Assembly (NCBI GenBank): GCA_977018835.1
Contig: OZ361258.1
Location: forward strand, 3,658,001 to 3,722,000
DNA: 64,000 nt
Direction: 5' to 3'
Source of the DNA: Minutocellus sp. GHC0000111
Taxonomy: Eukaryota
Under the pieces are notes generated by a model. The model was given only the letters and a program-made list of their open reading frames with translations. It was not told the DNA's origin and did not search any database. Below are positions 11,323-22,469 of this stretch, piece by piece (position 1 is the stretch's first letter; the number at the start of each line of letters is the position of its first letter). The position numbers were made by a program, and so were the translations under genes.

Positions 11323-14119
11323 ATGCGCGTCCTCGGAGGTTCCCTCGCCCTCCTCCTCGCCGCCGGCAAGGTGCGTGGCTTTCTTGCCCTGCTCGTGATG
11401 GTTGGCGACTCGTTGGAAAGTTGCGGCACATCATCGATGATGGATGGATTGACAAACGCACGCAGACCGGTTCACTGTGTGCAGTGCCGAGAGTTTCAGT
11501 TCCGTTGAGAATGATGGGCGTGATGGAATGAAGATTTTGCCACAGTGTACAGTCTCGTCAGCAACCTTGGAGTTGCGTGGGTATCTTGCGAAGGAGGTTG
11601 GAGAATTGGAGCACATCTCGTGCTGGGAAAATATTGGAAGGCAACGACGGTATCGGCAGCATGCAGAGAAAAAATGTGCCGCAAGAAAAATTGGAATGCA
11701 ATTTGTTTGGCACATCCCAAGCCCATCAAGCTTGCCAGCATTGATACAACGTGCCAAGTCAAGCTCCAAAAGCAATTCATCTCACATATCATCTTCTCTC
11801 ATATCTTCGTGTCTAATTCACACACACCTAAAAGCAGGCGTCGGCGTTTGTTCCGTCGTCGTTTGTTGCCCGGAATGGAAATAATGTTGCCTCCCCATCG
11901 GCCGCCTCCCCGTCCTCGCTGCACATGGCGACCGACAGCGGACCGCCGTACTCCGGCCCCAGCGTCAAGCCCATCCTGGACTCCATCGAGTATCCCTCCG
12001 ACATGAAGAACCTCGGCATGAAGGACCTGAAGCAGCTCGCCCACGAGCTCCGTTGGGAGGTCATCGAGGCCGTTTCCAAAACCGGCGGCCATCTCAGCTC
12101 GTCCCTCGGCGTCGTCGAATTGACCGTCGCCCTGCACTACGTCTTCGACATGCCCGACGACGACATCATCTGGGACGTCAGTCATCAGTGCTACCCGCAC
12201 AAGATGCTCACCGGCCGGCGCAACCGGTTCGAAAAGCTCCGGCAGCTCGGCGGCATCTCCGGTTTCTGCAAGCGCAAGGAATCCGAATACGATTCCTTCG
12301 GTGCCGGACATTCCACCACCAGTATCTCCGCCGCTCAGGGCATGTCGGTCGGCAAGGCCATGCTCAACAAGCGCAAGAACAACAACATTGCCGTTATTGG
12401 CGATGGTGCCATCACCGGTGGCATGGCCTTCGAGGCCATGAACAGTGCGGGTTATCTCAAGAACCGCATGATCGTCGTCCTCAATGACAATGGACAGGTC
12501 AGCCTCCCCACCGGCACGCAGAGTGCTGGTGGTGTCGTCCCTGCCTCGCAGCTCAGTGCCTACACGTCCAACCTGCTGGTTTCTAAGCCCTTCCAGGATT
12601 TCCGTGACTTCGCCAAGAGCTTTAACCGTCTGTTGCCCGAGAATGTGCAGGAGGTTAACAAGCGTGTCGATGAGTATGCCCGTGGCCTCGTCAGCGGTGG
12701 TACCCTCTTCGAGGAGCTGGGTTTCTACTACGTCGGTCCCGTTGATGGACATGATCTGGACAACCTCATCCCCATTCTGGAGAAGCTTCGCGATTCCGAC
12801 AGCAACAAGCCCGTCCTGCTCCACATCAAGACCGAGAAGGGCAAGGGCTACCCTCCCGCCGAGCAGGCCAGCGACAAGATGCACGGCGTCGCCAAGTTCG
12901 ACGTCGGCACCGGTCAGCAGATCAAGGGCAAGTCCTCGGCGCCCAGTCTCACCTCAATCTTTGCCAACTCCCTCATCGACCAGGCCACCGAGGACCGGGC
13001 CGTCGTCGGCATCACCGCCGCCATGCCCGGCGGCACCGGCATGGACATCTTCGGCCGCCGCTTCCCCAAGCGCACCTTCGATGTCGGTATTGCCGAGCAG
13101 CACGCCGTCACCTTCGCGGCCGGCATGGCCTGCGAGGGCCTCAAGCCCTTCTGCTGCATCTACTCCACCTTCATGCAGCGCGGTTACGACCAGGTGGTCC
13201 ACGACGTGGCCATCCAGAACCTTCCCGTGCGCATGATCCTGGACCGTGCCGGTTTGGTCGGCAACGACGGACCCACCCACCATGGATGCTACGATCTGGC
13301 CTACCTGGGATGCATCCCCAACCTGACCATCATGTCGCCCAGTGACGAGATTGAGCTGAGAAATATGGTTGCCACCTGCGCTGCCTTTGACGACGGACCG
13401 ACTGTCCTTCGATACCCTCGTGGTACTGGCTACGGTGCCGACAAGCTTCAGAACCTCTTTGGGTATGAGCTTGAGAATGGCGAGATCCCCACCAAGGGTG
13501 AGTGAATTCGTTGATTGGTGGTGTAACTGTGCATGTGGCATGACTTCTTGCATTTTTGTTCATTTGATCTAGTTTCTCACAAAACTTCTGATTTTTATTT
13601 TTTACAGGCGAGGTCTTGCCCATCGGTAAGGGACGCATCATTCGCAAGCCGGGGGGAATCAACGGCGAAGCTAACGGTAACACCTGCGGAAAGGAGAAGA
13701 AGGACCGCGTGGCCATTCTTTCGTTCGGTACTCGATTGTCCGAGGCTCTCATTGCGGCAAACGAGGTTGAGGAGAAGGATCCTGATATCGCTGTGACTGT
13801 TGCGGATGCCCGGTTCATGAAGCCTTTGGACATTGACATGATTCGGGAACTTGCCGATGAGAACGGTGTTTTGATTACTGTTGAGGAGGGCAGCATCGGT
13901 GGTTTCGGTGACCACGTTTTGCACTTCCTCACTCTGGACGGAGCTCTCGACGACGGCAACCTTAAGGTCCGACCGATGGTCCTTCCCGACACCTACTTCG
14001 AGGCTGGAACGCAACAAGAGCAGTACGACATGGCTGGCCTCAACTCGCAACACATCCGCGGAACCATCCTTCGATTGACGGAGAGAGTGCAGGTTCCCGT
14101 TCTTTCCGAGCAGGACTAA
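11323..14119 (+). CDS. DXS: 1-deoxy-D-xylulose-5-phosphate synthase, plastid-targeted; exons 11323-11370, 11838-13497, 13608-14119
   Basis: [52 protein letters not shown] and DARFMKPLD motifs. GT-AG introns keep frame, and the spliced presequence reads [22 protein letters not shown]. Confidence 0.97.
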
Positions 14120-14318
14120 ATCTTGGCTGACAGAAAAGAAGGAGGAGATCGCTCTGCGGAGGGGTTCTGTGTATATATTTGCATATTGAGATGGCGAGGC
14201 AACACCCAACCTATTATTTGATTCAATTAGAAGATAAACATTCACATGTAATAATGCTACGAAATTATTTCTATCAGGCTGTAGAAATATCCTCATCTGG
14301 ACTAGTCCATGTAGAAAA

Positions 14319-15539
14319 TCACTCCCATTTGAGCTGCTCAAGGATATCGGCAACAGTTGCGCCACTTTTCACTCTTCCCCTCTCTGAGTACCATGAGTAA
14401 GAATCGCCTCTTCCATCAGGGGGGAACAGTTTAGCACTGAAATACGTATGAGTCATCCGGAAATCCACACTGCCGTCATCTTGTCCCAAAAGCTTCCCTC
14501 TCAGCGACCGAGAAATTGTAAATCCTAGCATCAGCTCCATTTGGTCGATATCGATGATTTCTATGAAATTACCAAAAAGTTTAATGTCTCCACCTCCAAA
14601 GAAAAACTCGATCTCATCACCATCCGGAGGAAACATCTCCAAGCCCTCTTCAAAGTTGAGTTCACATGATTTTTTGTCCGATTTCCTCAATGCATGCAAA
14701 GTCGATGTCATATCTCCAGATTTACTACTCCAGCTATTCTCAAATTCTTTTTTGCTAGCGAAATTGCCGACCTTGATGTGTTCGTCTAGCTCAAGCCACC
14801 CAGATTCTCCAGTCTTGAGGAACTCAGAGGCTTTGTCTCCTCTGAGGACATAAGATGTAAGCGGCGTGGTAGAATCGCTATTATGCCGACTTCCTAGCAT
14901 CAGAGTAAACACAAAAGAATAATCATTGACAGATGCCCTAATGGCAGGCTTGGGTGTTGTCTGCAAGAACTGACGGAAGAGTTTCTCCCAGTCCGTCGTC
15001 ACCTCCCTCCCATCTGCATCATTCTCCCCACCAAGAATGGACACGAGGTGCTTGAAGACCTTTGGATTCCTCCATTTCTGCCTACAGAGAGTTTTCCACA
15101 CTTGTTCCAGGGCTTTGAAACGAAGGATGCGATGGTTATTGTCCCCGACATAGCTAGGATCACGACTATTGCTTGCAACAACTCCTCCACCCGAGTCCTT
15201 GATCCCGTCAGATCGATCTGCATCGGCCGCACCGGCATCATCCAAAGACACCCTATCCCCGAAAATAGACATTGCCATATCCTTGCTCACCCTCAAAAGT
15301 AATCTACCGGTATCCCTGAGCGGCAGGTACCCGCTGAGAACAGTGAGACGGAGGGGCAAGATGCTGGCCAGCACATCATTTTCTTCCTCAGCCACATCAT
15401 CGTTTTTGCGCGAGGTCTTGACTGCTTTCTGACGCTTGCTTTGCGAAGAGGCGTGACAGATGCCTTCCACATGAGCTGAATGTCCATCTTCGCTGCGCCT
15501 TTTGCTGTTCATCTTGGTGCTGGTGCTCATTTGCTTCAT
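14319..15539 (-). CDS. Hypothetical protein with a possible divergent F-box-like N-terminal motif; paralog of 57486-58682
   Basis: 406-aa ORF sharing DVL.SILPLRLT..SGYLPL.D.GRLLLRVSKDM, VWKTLC..KWR.PKV and GA.VAD..E.L..W with the ORF at 57.5 kb. Confidence 0.75.
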   Translation of the reverse strand: MKQMSTSTKMNSKRRSEDGHSAHVEGICHASSQSKRQKAVKTSRKNDDVAEEENDVLASILPLRLTVLSGYLPLRDTGRLLLRVSKDMAMSIFGDRVSLDDAGAADADRSDGIKDSGGGVVASNSRDPSYVGDNNHRILRFKALEQVWKTLCRQKWRNPKVFKHLVSILGGENDADGREVTTDWEKLFRQFLQTTPKPAIRASVNDYSFVFTLMLGSRHNSDSTTPLTSYVLRGDKASEFLKTGESGWLELDEHIKVGNFASKKEFENSWSSKSGDMTSTLHALRKSDKKSCELNFEEGLEMFPPDGDEIEFFFGGGDIKLFGNFIEIIDIDQMELMLGFTISRSLRGKLLGQDDGSVDFRMTHTYFSAKLFPPDGRGDSYSWYSERGRVKSGATVADILEQLKWE

Positions 15540-16622
15540 TGAAATTGTTCCTACCGCGTATCTCTTTGCTGAAAATGCGCACAGCTTGGCAAAACCTTTC
15601 TCAATGCGTCACGAAACGTGAAAAAGAAAGTATCAAGACGACGGACGGACGAAATCCCTTGCATCTACGATGACAAGCGCCAACAAATGATCATGATGGC
15701 CACCGATGGAGATGAGGATGTAGAGATAAGAGCAGGGCATGTATAAAATTAGAAAATGAAATTACACTACTACTACACAATAAAAAATGAATTGCATAAT
15801 CCAACTTTTACAAACAGTGTCGCGATTGAGCAAAAAAGTAAACAGTGCACCCAACAAACAAAAACACATCACGTCCTTCTTAACTCACCCATTTATCTCC
15901 CAGACCAAAAAGTCCCTTTGTCGGGTTGATTGTTGCATAAACTTATCCCAATACTATCTGTCTCTCCTCGGGCGCAAAATTATTGTCGGAATTCCGGGAG
16001 GTCGAGAGTGGGGATGCGATCGGTCGGGATCAGCGAGAGTCGGTCATGCGGGGGGTGCGGCGCAATCCCGGCAGTTTATCATCAACAACAACGTGGGAAA
16101 GTACCAGAGGGTCTGGGGCATCACAACGGGAGCACGACGAGCACAAAGACGGAGCAATGGCACCACCCCAGAGAAACGAACGGCCGACAGAGACACATGT
16201 GGAGGAAAAAGTAGGCCGATGGTTCGTGGCGTTGATACGCAGCGGAGGCCAATCTGAGGATACAGTAAGCTTCAACTATATCCAAACATGATAATGAATG
16301 CGTATTTGGTACGAAAATATAGTTATACGCCGGCGCAACGCCGACGGACCACCATGGTGTTGGACGGTCAAAGAATGGGTGACGAACGAGATTGGGTTTT
16401 GGTGGGTTTCTTCGTGACGTGTTCGTCTTCTGCCGAAAAACGCTTCATCCGACTGGCGAAACAAGACGAGATGGGGCTGTGCATTATCGCATTGCATTTT
16501 GCTCATTCTTTTCCTGCTCTTTGCATGGCCGAGCTCTTCGCGATCGCTTCGTTCTCTACGCACCGACGAAATCGAGTGCATATCGTACTGCCAGCAAAGA
16601 GGGGCCGACAAACGATGCCATT

Positions 16623-18227
16623 ATGAGCTCTCCTTCAACTGGAGCGGATGATGAAGTTGGGTCTATGACGACCAGCGCGAGCAATGTTGCAGTTGCTGAC
16701 GAGAAAGGCATTGTCGGGCTCGAGGCTTGTGCCGAAGTTGATGTTGCTGCTACTAAGCCTGATGCCTTTGATGATAATGATGTTGCTGCCGCTTCAGCAG
16801 CAGAAGGCGACGAAGAAGAGCCAGATGTGGATCTAGATCGTATCGTCATGGAGGCGATACATCCCGATGCAGAACCTGAGCCGGGAGGCAACTCACATCC
16901 TCCTTCGGCGCCCCAAGCTTCTAAGCCTACTCTCCACTCCATGTTTACCATCATCACTCAAGATATGTTTGACGCCAGGGTTTTGTTCTACCTATCTATT
17001 TTCAGCATCATTGGCTCAATATTAAGAGTCTTTACTGCGCGTCTTTTTGGTCTCGATTGCGAGGGGTTGGTTGTCGATGATGTGTTCCATGAGAGCTTTG
17101 CAAAGATTTGCGTGACCGCCACCGGTCTGACAGAGCAAACTGGTGGGGCATTATTCATTGACCTCCCAGCGAACATGATTGGATCCATGATGATGGGAGT
17201 AATGACCCCCGAGCGCGGTTGGCCGAGCATCCCGTGGCTGAAGGCAGACCACCCATTGCAGCAGGACAAGGCCATGAACATTGCCATTCGAACGGGGCTA
17301 TGTGGGAGCCTTACGACATTTGCGTCTTGGAATTCTCAAATGGTGATTATGCTGGACGGGTTTCAACTTCCTCTTGGACATCAGATTCTTCCTGCCATAT
17401 TTGGCTACATCATTGGCTTGCAAGCATCGATTGCGTCTTTCTTATTCGGTCGGAAGGCCAACACGTGGATCAATCAGTACGTCAATCCTCACGTTTCCTC
17501 TGAAGCGCGGGGGCACGGTCGGCCCGGGGCTCATAGAAATAGAGGCGATGGGTTTGGTCTCTTTGCGAGAACCAGGAGAAGGAGACGCAAAGATGTGACG
17601 CATCGTCGAGGGAGTGAAAACTCTACAGATCTGCCAAATGACTTTGCTATTCCGGGGCATGACGGTGTTTCAGATACGGCACACAGCAATAAATGCCGAG
17701 AAAGGCCAAGAAGGAATGCAGGTCAACAAGGGGGTGTCCATTTACCCACAATTGGCAATGCGGACTCTGACGATAAGGTTGGGTGCTATTTACTTGGACC
17801 GTTACTAAGCTGGACTGTGTTCCCCGTACTTCTTGTGGTGGTATTATTCTCTCTTTTTGTTGTCAGCGATGCAGTATGGAACATTTTATTCTATCGAATC
17901 CTTTGGGTGAGCACACTCTTTACCCCTTTTGGTGCAATCGCGAGGTGGAGACTATCGCTTCTCAACCCATATCGAAAAACATTCCCGCTTGGTACTCTGA
18001 TCGCGAATGTGTGTGGGAGCCTGGTTGCCATTCTAGCTGTGGCAATTGATACAAGATACTTGAAAAGTGAAATGATATCTGCCCAGCTTCTCGCGGCACT
18101 AAAGATTGGATTTGCTGGAAGTTTATCTACTGTGTCTACGTTTGTAAAGGAGGTGGTTGACATAACCGAAAGATATGGATATGACGCCAAGGGTTTCAAA
18201 TATGCTGGGATCTCCCTGGTTGTTTGA
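16623..18227 (+). CDS. FEX: Fluoride exporter FEX (two CrcB/Fluc domains); C-terminus probably frameshifted at about 18220
   Basis: DLPANMIGS...IRTGLCGSLTTFASWN and FPLGTLIANVCGS...LKIGFAGSLSTVSTFVKE are tandem CrcB motifs. A hydrophobic continuation GCLSGVVVYSPIVR follows in another frame. Confidence 0.85.
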   Translation: MSSPSTGADDEVGSMTTSASNVAVADEKGIVGLEACAEVDVAATKPDAFDDNDVAAASAAEGDEEEPDVDLDRIVMEAIHPDAEPEPGGNSHPPSAPQASKPTLHSMFTIITQDMFDARVLFYLSIFSIIGSILRVFTARLFGLDCEGLVVDDVFHESFAKICVTATGLTEQTGGALFIDLPANMIGSMMMGVMTPERGWPSIPWLKADHPLQQDKAMNIAIRTGLCGSLTTFASWNSQMVIMLDGFQLPLGHQILPAIFGYIIGLQASIASFLFGRKANTWINQYVNPHVSSEARGHGRPGAHRNRGDGFGLFARTRRRRRKDVTHRRGSENSTDLPNDFAIPGHDGVSDTAHSNKCRERPRRNAGQQGGVHLPTIGNADSDDKVGCYLLGPLLSWTVFPVLLVVVLFSLFVVSDAVWNILFYRILWVSTLFTPFGAIARWRLSLLNPYRKTFPLGTLIANVCGSLVAILAVAIDTRYLKSEMISAQLLAALKIGFAGSLSTVSTFVKEVVDITERYGYDAKGFKYAGISLVV

Positions 18228-18759
18228 GCGGCGTTGTAGTATACTCTCCCATCGTTCGTTCGCATTGTTTACTCAGTATATATTTGGACTGGGGCTGTAC
18301 TGCGACCTCCATCCTATTCGCATTGGACCCTCCATATCAACCAGTGAATTCGGCGAATGCTGTGTATTTACTAAAAAAGAAGTCTTCCAAGCGCAAGAGA
18401 TTAAAAAAAAATGACAATCGAGGCATGAATGAATTCTTGTTACAATGAACTTTAGGTAGGTGCTATACAAGTACTTTCGTCATTTTTCATTTCTCTGTAG
18501 AAGGCTTCATCATGTGCGCTTCTACTTCTGGCTTGAGTAAATAAATGGAAGCCATGGATGTGACCACCATCTAGAGAGCAGTTCAGCATGGGTCGTAGAG
18601 GAATGCCGAGATCGATGCACCGCCACTTTTGCCTCGGGACTTGCAGTAGTGCGCCTGCGACCGACGCTCCGGACATGTAATGCTACAGTGCCGTGTCCAA
18701 TTTATATTAATCAATGTGTTTTCTATTATTTTATGCAATCTTTAATTTTCTTTCAGGAC

Positions 18760-19941
18760 CTAACACAGACGCTCAGCATTACCATGTCCTCCAAGTAGGA
18801 CAGCACACTTTTCAATCTCATCGATACCAAGATTTGCTTGTTTCATCTCATCAACAAGTCCAGGAATTGAAAAGAGGCGACCGCAAAATAAGTGTTGAGC
18901 AAAGTGAAACAACTCAATATCCTCTTTGTTATGATCCGCCACAAGAGAGGCTCCATCGTTGGTTTCAAATAATGTTGAAACAAATTCCTTGTACTCAGAG
19001 CTATCATTAACTCGTAGCCCATCCGCATTTTCCTCAGTTGGCTTTGCATCCTTTGCCGGTAGTCCGAATATTACTGGATTTGGTTTTAAGAGACGAAAAT
19101 CATGTGTCTCATGAAGTGTCATATGCGATGCTACAGGCATCTCGCTTAAGCCGAACCATTCGATTGAGCATAGACGAGACTTGGCATTTGGAACGGTGTG
19201 CTTTGATCCATCAAAATTATCATACGCATAAGCCCCATTGAGCATCTTTGTCAAAATGTTACGGTACTTGGGACTTTGAATGTTCTCCACAAACTTTTCC
19301 CACGTATGCGGCTGCCCTTTCTTCACTGACGTGTGTGGAGGTTCATAGAAGAAGGCACTCACACTGCGTTTGACGGGATTGTGCAGTGAGGTAATTATGG
19401 TCTCATTTCCGATGTAATTGGGACGATGGTCAGTACAGCCAGTTACAAGTGGACACATCAGATCTTTCCTCGGACACGATCCTACTGGATCACCTGGAAA
19501 CACACAGCAGGGATATCCATCGGGATGACACCCCGCTAATCCTCTTGCCATTACCGATAGTGCCGAAGAGGCTGACTTTGGAATGCGGATGCTATTGAGT
19601 AGTCTCGTATTTCTCATCGTGATTCCACCGTTCGATTTGTGCTGCGTGAGGAGATCAGGATAATAGAATTCTTCAATGTTGCTACCTTCAGGTGTAATGC
19701 TCTTGATACGCCTCCAGAACCTATCCATGGAAACAGTATAGGCAGCTTCTTTCATTGACACAGGTGCAGGTGGGGGGACTGGCAGGCTCTGACCCTCCAG
19801 GGCGCGCGAAATCTGCTCTCGTCCAGGTCCTCCGGCGTCGGGAAGGAGCAGCAAGTATGCCGCAACGGCCGCCGCCAGGAGGGAGGAAACCGCCGCGGCC
19901 GCTCGGCGTCCCGACCTTGACATCTTCTGTCTCGCCGCCAT
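18760..19941 (-). CDS. Golgi-type (type II membrane) sulfotransferase-like protein
   Basis: N-terminal TM anchor; IRIPKSASS resembles the 5'-PSB loop; TSLHNPVKRSVSAFFY resembles the 3'-PB motif. Confidence 0.75.
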   Translation of the reverse strand: MAARQKMSRSGRRAAAAVSSLLAAAVAAYLLLLPDAGGPGREQISRALEGQSLPVPPPAPVSMKEAAYTVSMDRFWRRIKSITPEGSNIEEFYYPDLLTQHKSNGGITMRNTRLLNSIRIPKSASSALSVMARGLAGCHPDGYPCCVFPGDPVGSCPRKDLMCPLVTGCTDHRPNYIGNETIITSLHNPVKRSVSAFFYEPPHTSVKKGQPHTWEKFVENIQSPKYRNILTKMLNGAYAYDNFDGSKHTVPNAKSRLCSIEWFGLSEMPVASHMTLHETHDFRLLKPNPVIFGLPAKDAKPTEENADGLRVNDSSEYKEFVSTLFETNDGASLVADHNKEDIELFHFAQHLFCGRLFSIPGLVDEMKQANLGIDEIEKCAVLLGGHGNAERLC

Positions 19942-21090
19942 TGCTGCGCTTCTTGACTTCTTGATTACTGAATATTATTCTTGTATGCTCACGGTGCAGC
20001 AAAGATTGCTAGCTCTACTTCTAGTAGCTACGTAGAGAGCACGACGACGCAAGGGCAATTGCTGCTGGCGACATTTTGTCCGATGTCTTCGTCGTGGAGC
20101 GCAAAATGCCTTCGTTGGAAAATGTCTTCGTTGGGGCCACATAAGCCCTCGCGATGACCCCATCCAACAACTGCCCCTGCCGAGCTCACATCGCGCAACC
20201 CTTTGTGTCCTTCTCGAACTCTTCCTCCTATCATCTTTCGAGACAATGCAACTACAAGTACGAAGAAGTTTCAGTGGAGCGATGACAACGGCGACGAGCA
20301 GGAGAGCCACATGTGCGGCCTGCAGATTCTGGTAGTAGAGGATGGGCAGCCAGCCATGCCGCCAACAGTGTGGGCCTTTGCCCATGCCCTCACGACTGTC
20401 GGCGATGTCGGCAAATGATGCGAGTGCTGTGTTGGCAGTGGAAACAGCAAGTGCGGCCACTGGCTACCATCGATAAGAGGCAAGTTAAGACACTGCCTGC
20501 TAGCAAAAAAAAACACACTGTGACAAAAGAGACACACCACCAGCAGCCACACCCCACCCAGCGCCCCTCTGACTGCGCCTGTTCACAGCGACCAGTGTCC
20601 CCATTCACTTGTTACTAGCAGTGCAGTTGCCATGGGAGGAGGCCTTGGCAACAAGCAGCATCTTAAATTGATGAGTGGCGTCTAACATTGCCATCTACTC
20701 TGCACACGTTCACGTGAATGTGCCTGCGTAGGACGGCAGGCCTAGCTAGCTACGTAGCTAGAGCAGGCCTGCGCTGGAGCGAAAATGAAACTGACGAGGT
20801 GGGACACCCTCTTTGCCCCCCGAACGGTTAGAGATGCGGCATAAGGCGAGCAGAGTTACCCCAGGTAAATTTATGCGTTCTTTCGATTGGTCGTTGCGAC
20901 AAAGTCTGAAAACGGCCGGAAAGTGGTCTTTTTTGGGGCCGGGGGTGATTTTACGAAATCGGCAAAGAAACGATTTTTTTCTTTTGTCGCGACGACAGAG
21001 GGGTGTTCCACAAGAAAATAATTCATAGCAAAGTTTTTTCAAAAGTGATCTGTCTGATTTGGTTGCCGGGGCAATTAGGTATCTGCCACC

Positions 21091-22118
21091 GTGCGTACAA
21101 TCGCCGGCATCCTCATACTGAGCACATCATGCGCCACCCTCATCCAAGCCTTCTCGCCAGCCAACAGCAATGATGGCTTCTCCCTATCGGCATATCCGCT
21201 CTGGAAACCTCCAAAACCCTCGATGCCTCACGGTTTCACTTTCAGATATGCTTTGTGGACAACGACAACTTTCATGGCCGCATCGCCGAGGGAATGCTGG
21301 GTCGCATCGCCGAGTACAATGACGCGCTGTTTACAATCTTTCCAGGTTCGGCTACGATTTCGTCAAGTCCAAAGGCACCACGCGACGCAGCGGCACCCGA
21401 AGAGGCCGTGGCGATCTGCGAAGAGTTGGGATTGTGCTCAGTGCGATGTGCCGATATGGGAACGTCGTTTGATATATCGTTTCTGGATGAGTACGACTTG
21501 ATAATCTCAATGGACGAGGAGATTCAAGAGATGATTCTGAGGTCATTGCCGGCCGAGGGGTATGAGTCCAAGTGCCGATTATTATCCGAGTTTCTCAGTG
21601 GCGATTTTTATTCAATCAATACGAAGAAGATGGGCGATGCCGCAAATGAAAACAAATCTAGTGAATCGGTTCTCATCGACATGATTGAGCCGGAGCTTTG
21701 GGAGAGAGCTGGCCCATTCTACGAAATGGCAAAGGGTTCGAGTAGCTCCATCTTCGCTGCTTCGTCAACAATATCCAAGGATGTTGCCGAGCCTCGCATG
21801 ATATTATCCGAGAGCGGCGCTGCAGTACCCAACACGGATGGCTGGCCGCTCGTGGAAGCTGCCATGCTGGTGGCATGTGCAGGAGTGACGAGATTCTGCC
21901 TTGAGACGATGGACTCTCAGTTCGATTTGGCTTTGCAGACTTTACTCGATACGTTCTTTCACTTGGAGGAACACTTACACATATCACTCGATGAGGCCGA
22001 TGCTCAATTACGGAAGGGATCTTTTTCGGTAACCGGATACTTTTCACCTCAGCAACGCCGGGAACGGATTGAGCAACATTTGGCCGACTTGCGGTCGAGA
22101 CTTGGGGGTGGACAGTAA
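21091..22118 (+). CDS. Plastid-targeted LMW-PTP/ArsC-fold protein with a degenerate P-loop; frameshift at about 21172; apparent GTG start
   Basis: Signal peptide plus IQA-FSP motif. Downstream frame has FQICFVDNDNFHGRIAEGML and FLDEYDLIISMDEE, resembling LMWPc VLFVCxGNxCRSxxAE and DFDLIIxMD. Confidence 0.6.
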
Positions 22119-22469
22119 ATAGAAATAGATCTTGATAAATGCACATAGACTTGTTTTGAATCACCAGCACAACTACATTCCTTATAATACTTCTTTTTAT
22201 TCTACCACGCTGCACTGACGGCAAAAAAGAGAGGTGAAATGAAGGGGAGGATTGATAGGAGAGGAAACCGGTGTGACGATCCGGAACTCGCTCAAATTTA
22301 ATAAACAAGATCCGCACCGACCCACCTGCACCCTCTCCTACCCCCGCCTCCCACTCCCCACCACCCCACACGGACCAAAGAGTTCCCCCGGTTAAAACTC
22401 GATAATTATTGCTCGAGCATCTTCTTTTAATCTTCCTACTATCACATGGGTTCCTGACAAATGGTCCCT

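Noticed and set aside
11371..11837. TPP riboswitch in the DXS intron
   Set aside because: Conserved TPP aptamer motifs could not be located
20799..21011. Imperfect inverted repeat GTGGGACACCCTCT / AGAGGGGTGTTCCAC as MITE ends
   Set aside because: Short, mismatched and without a recognisable TSD
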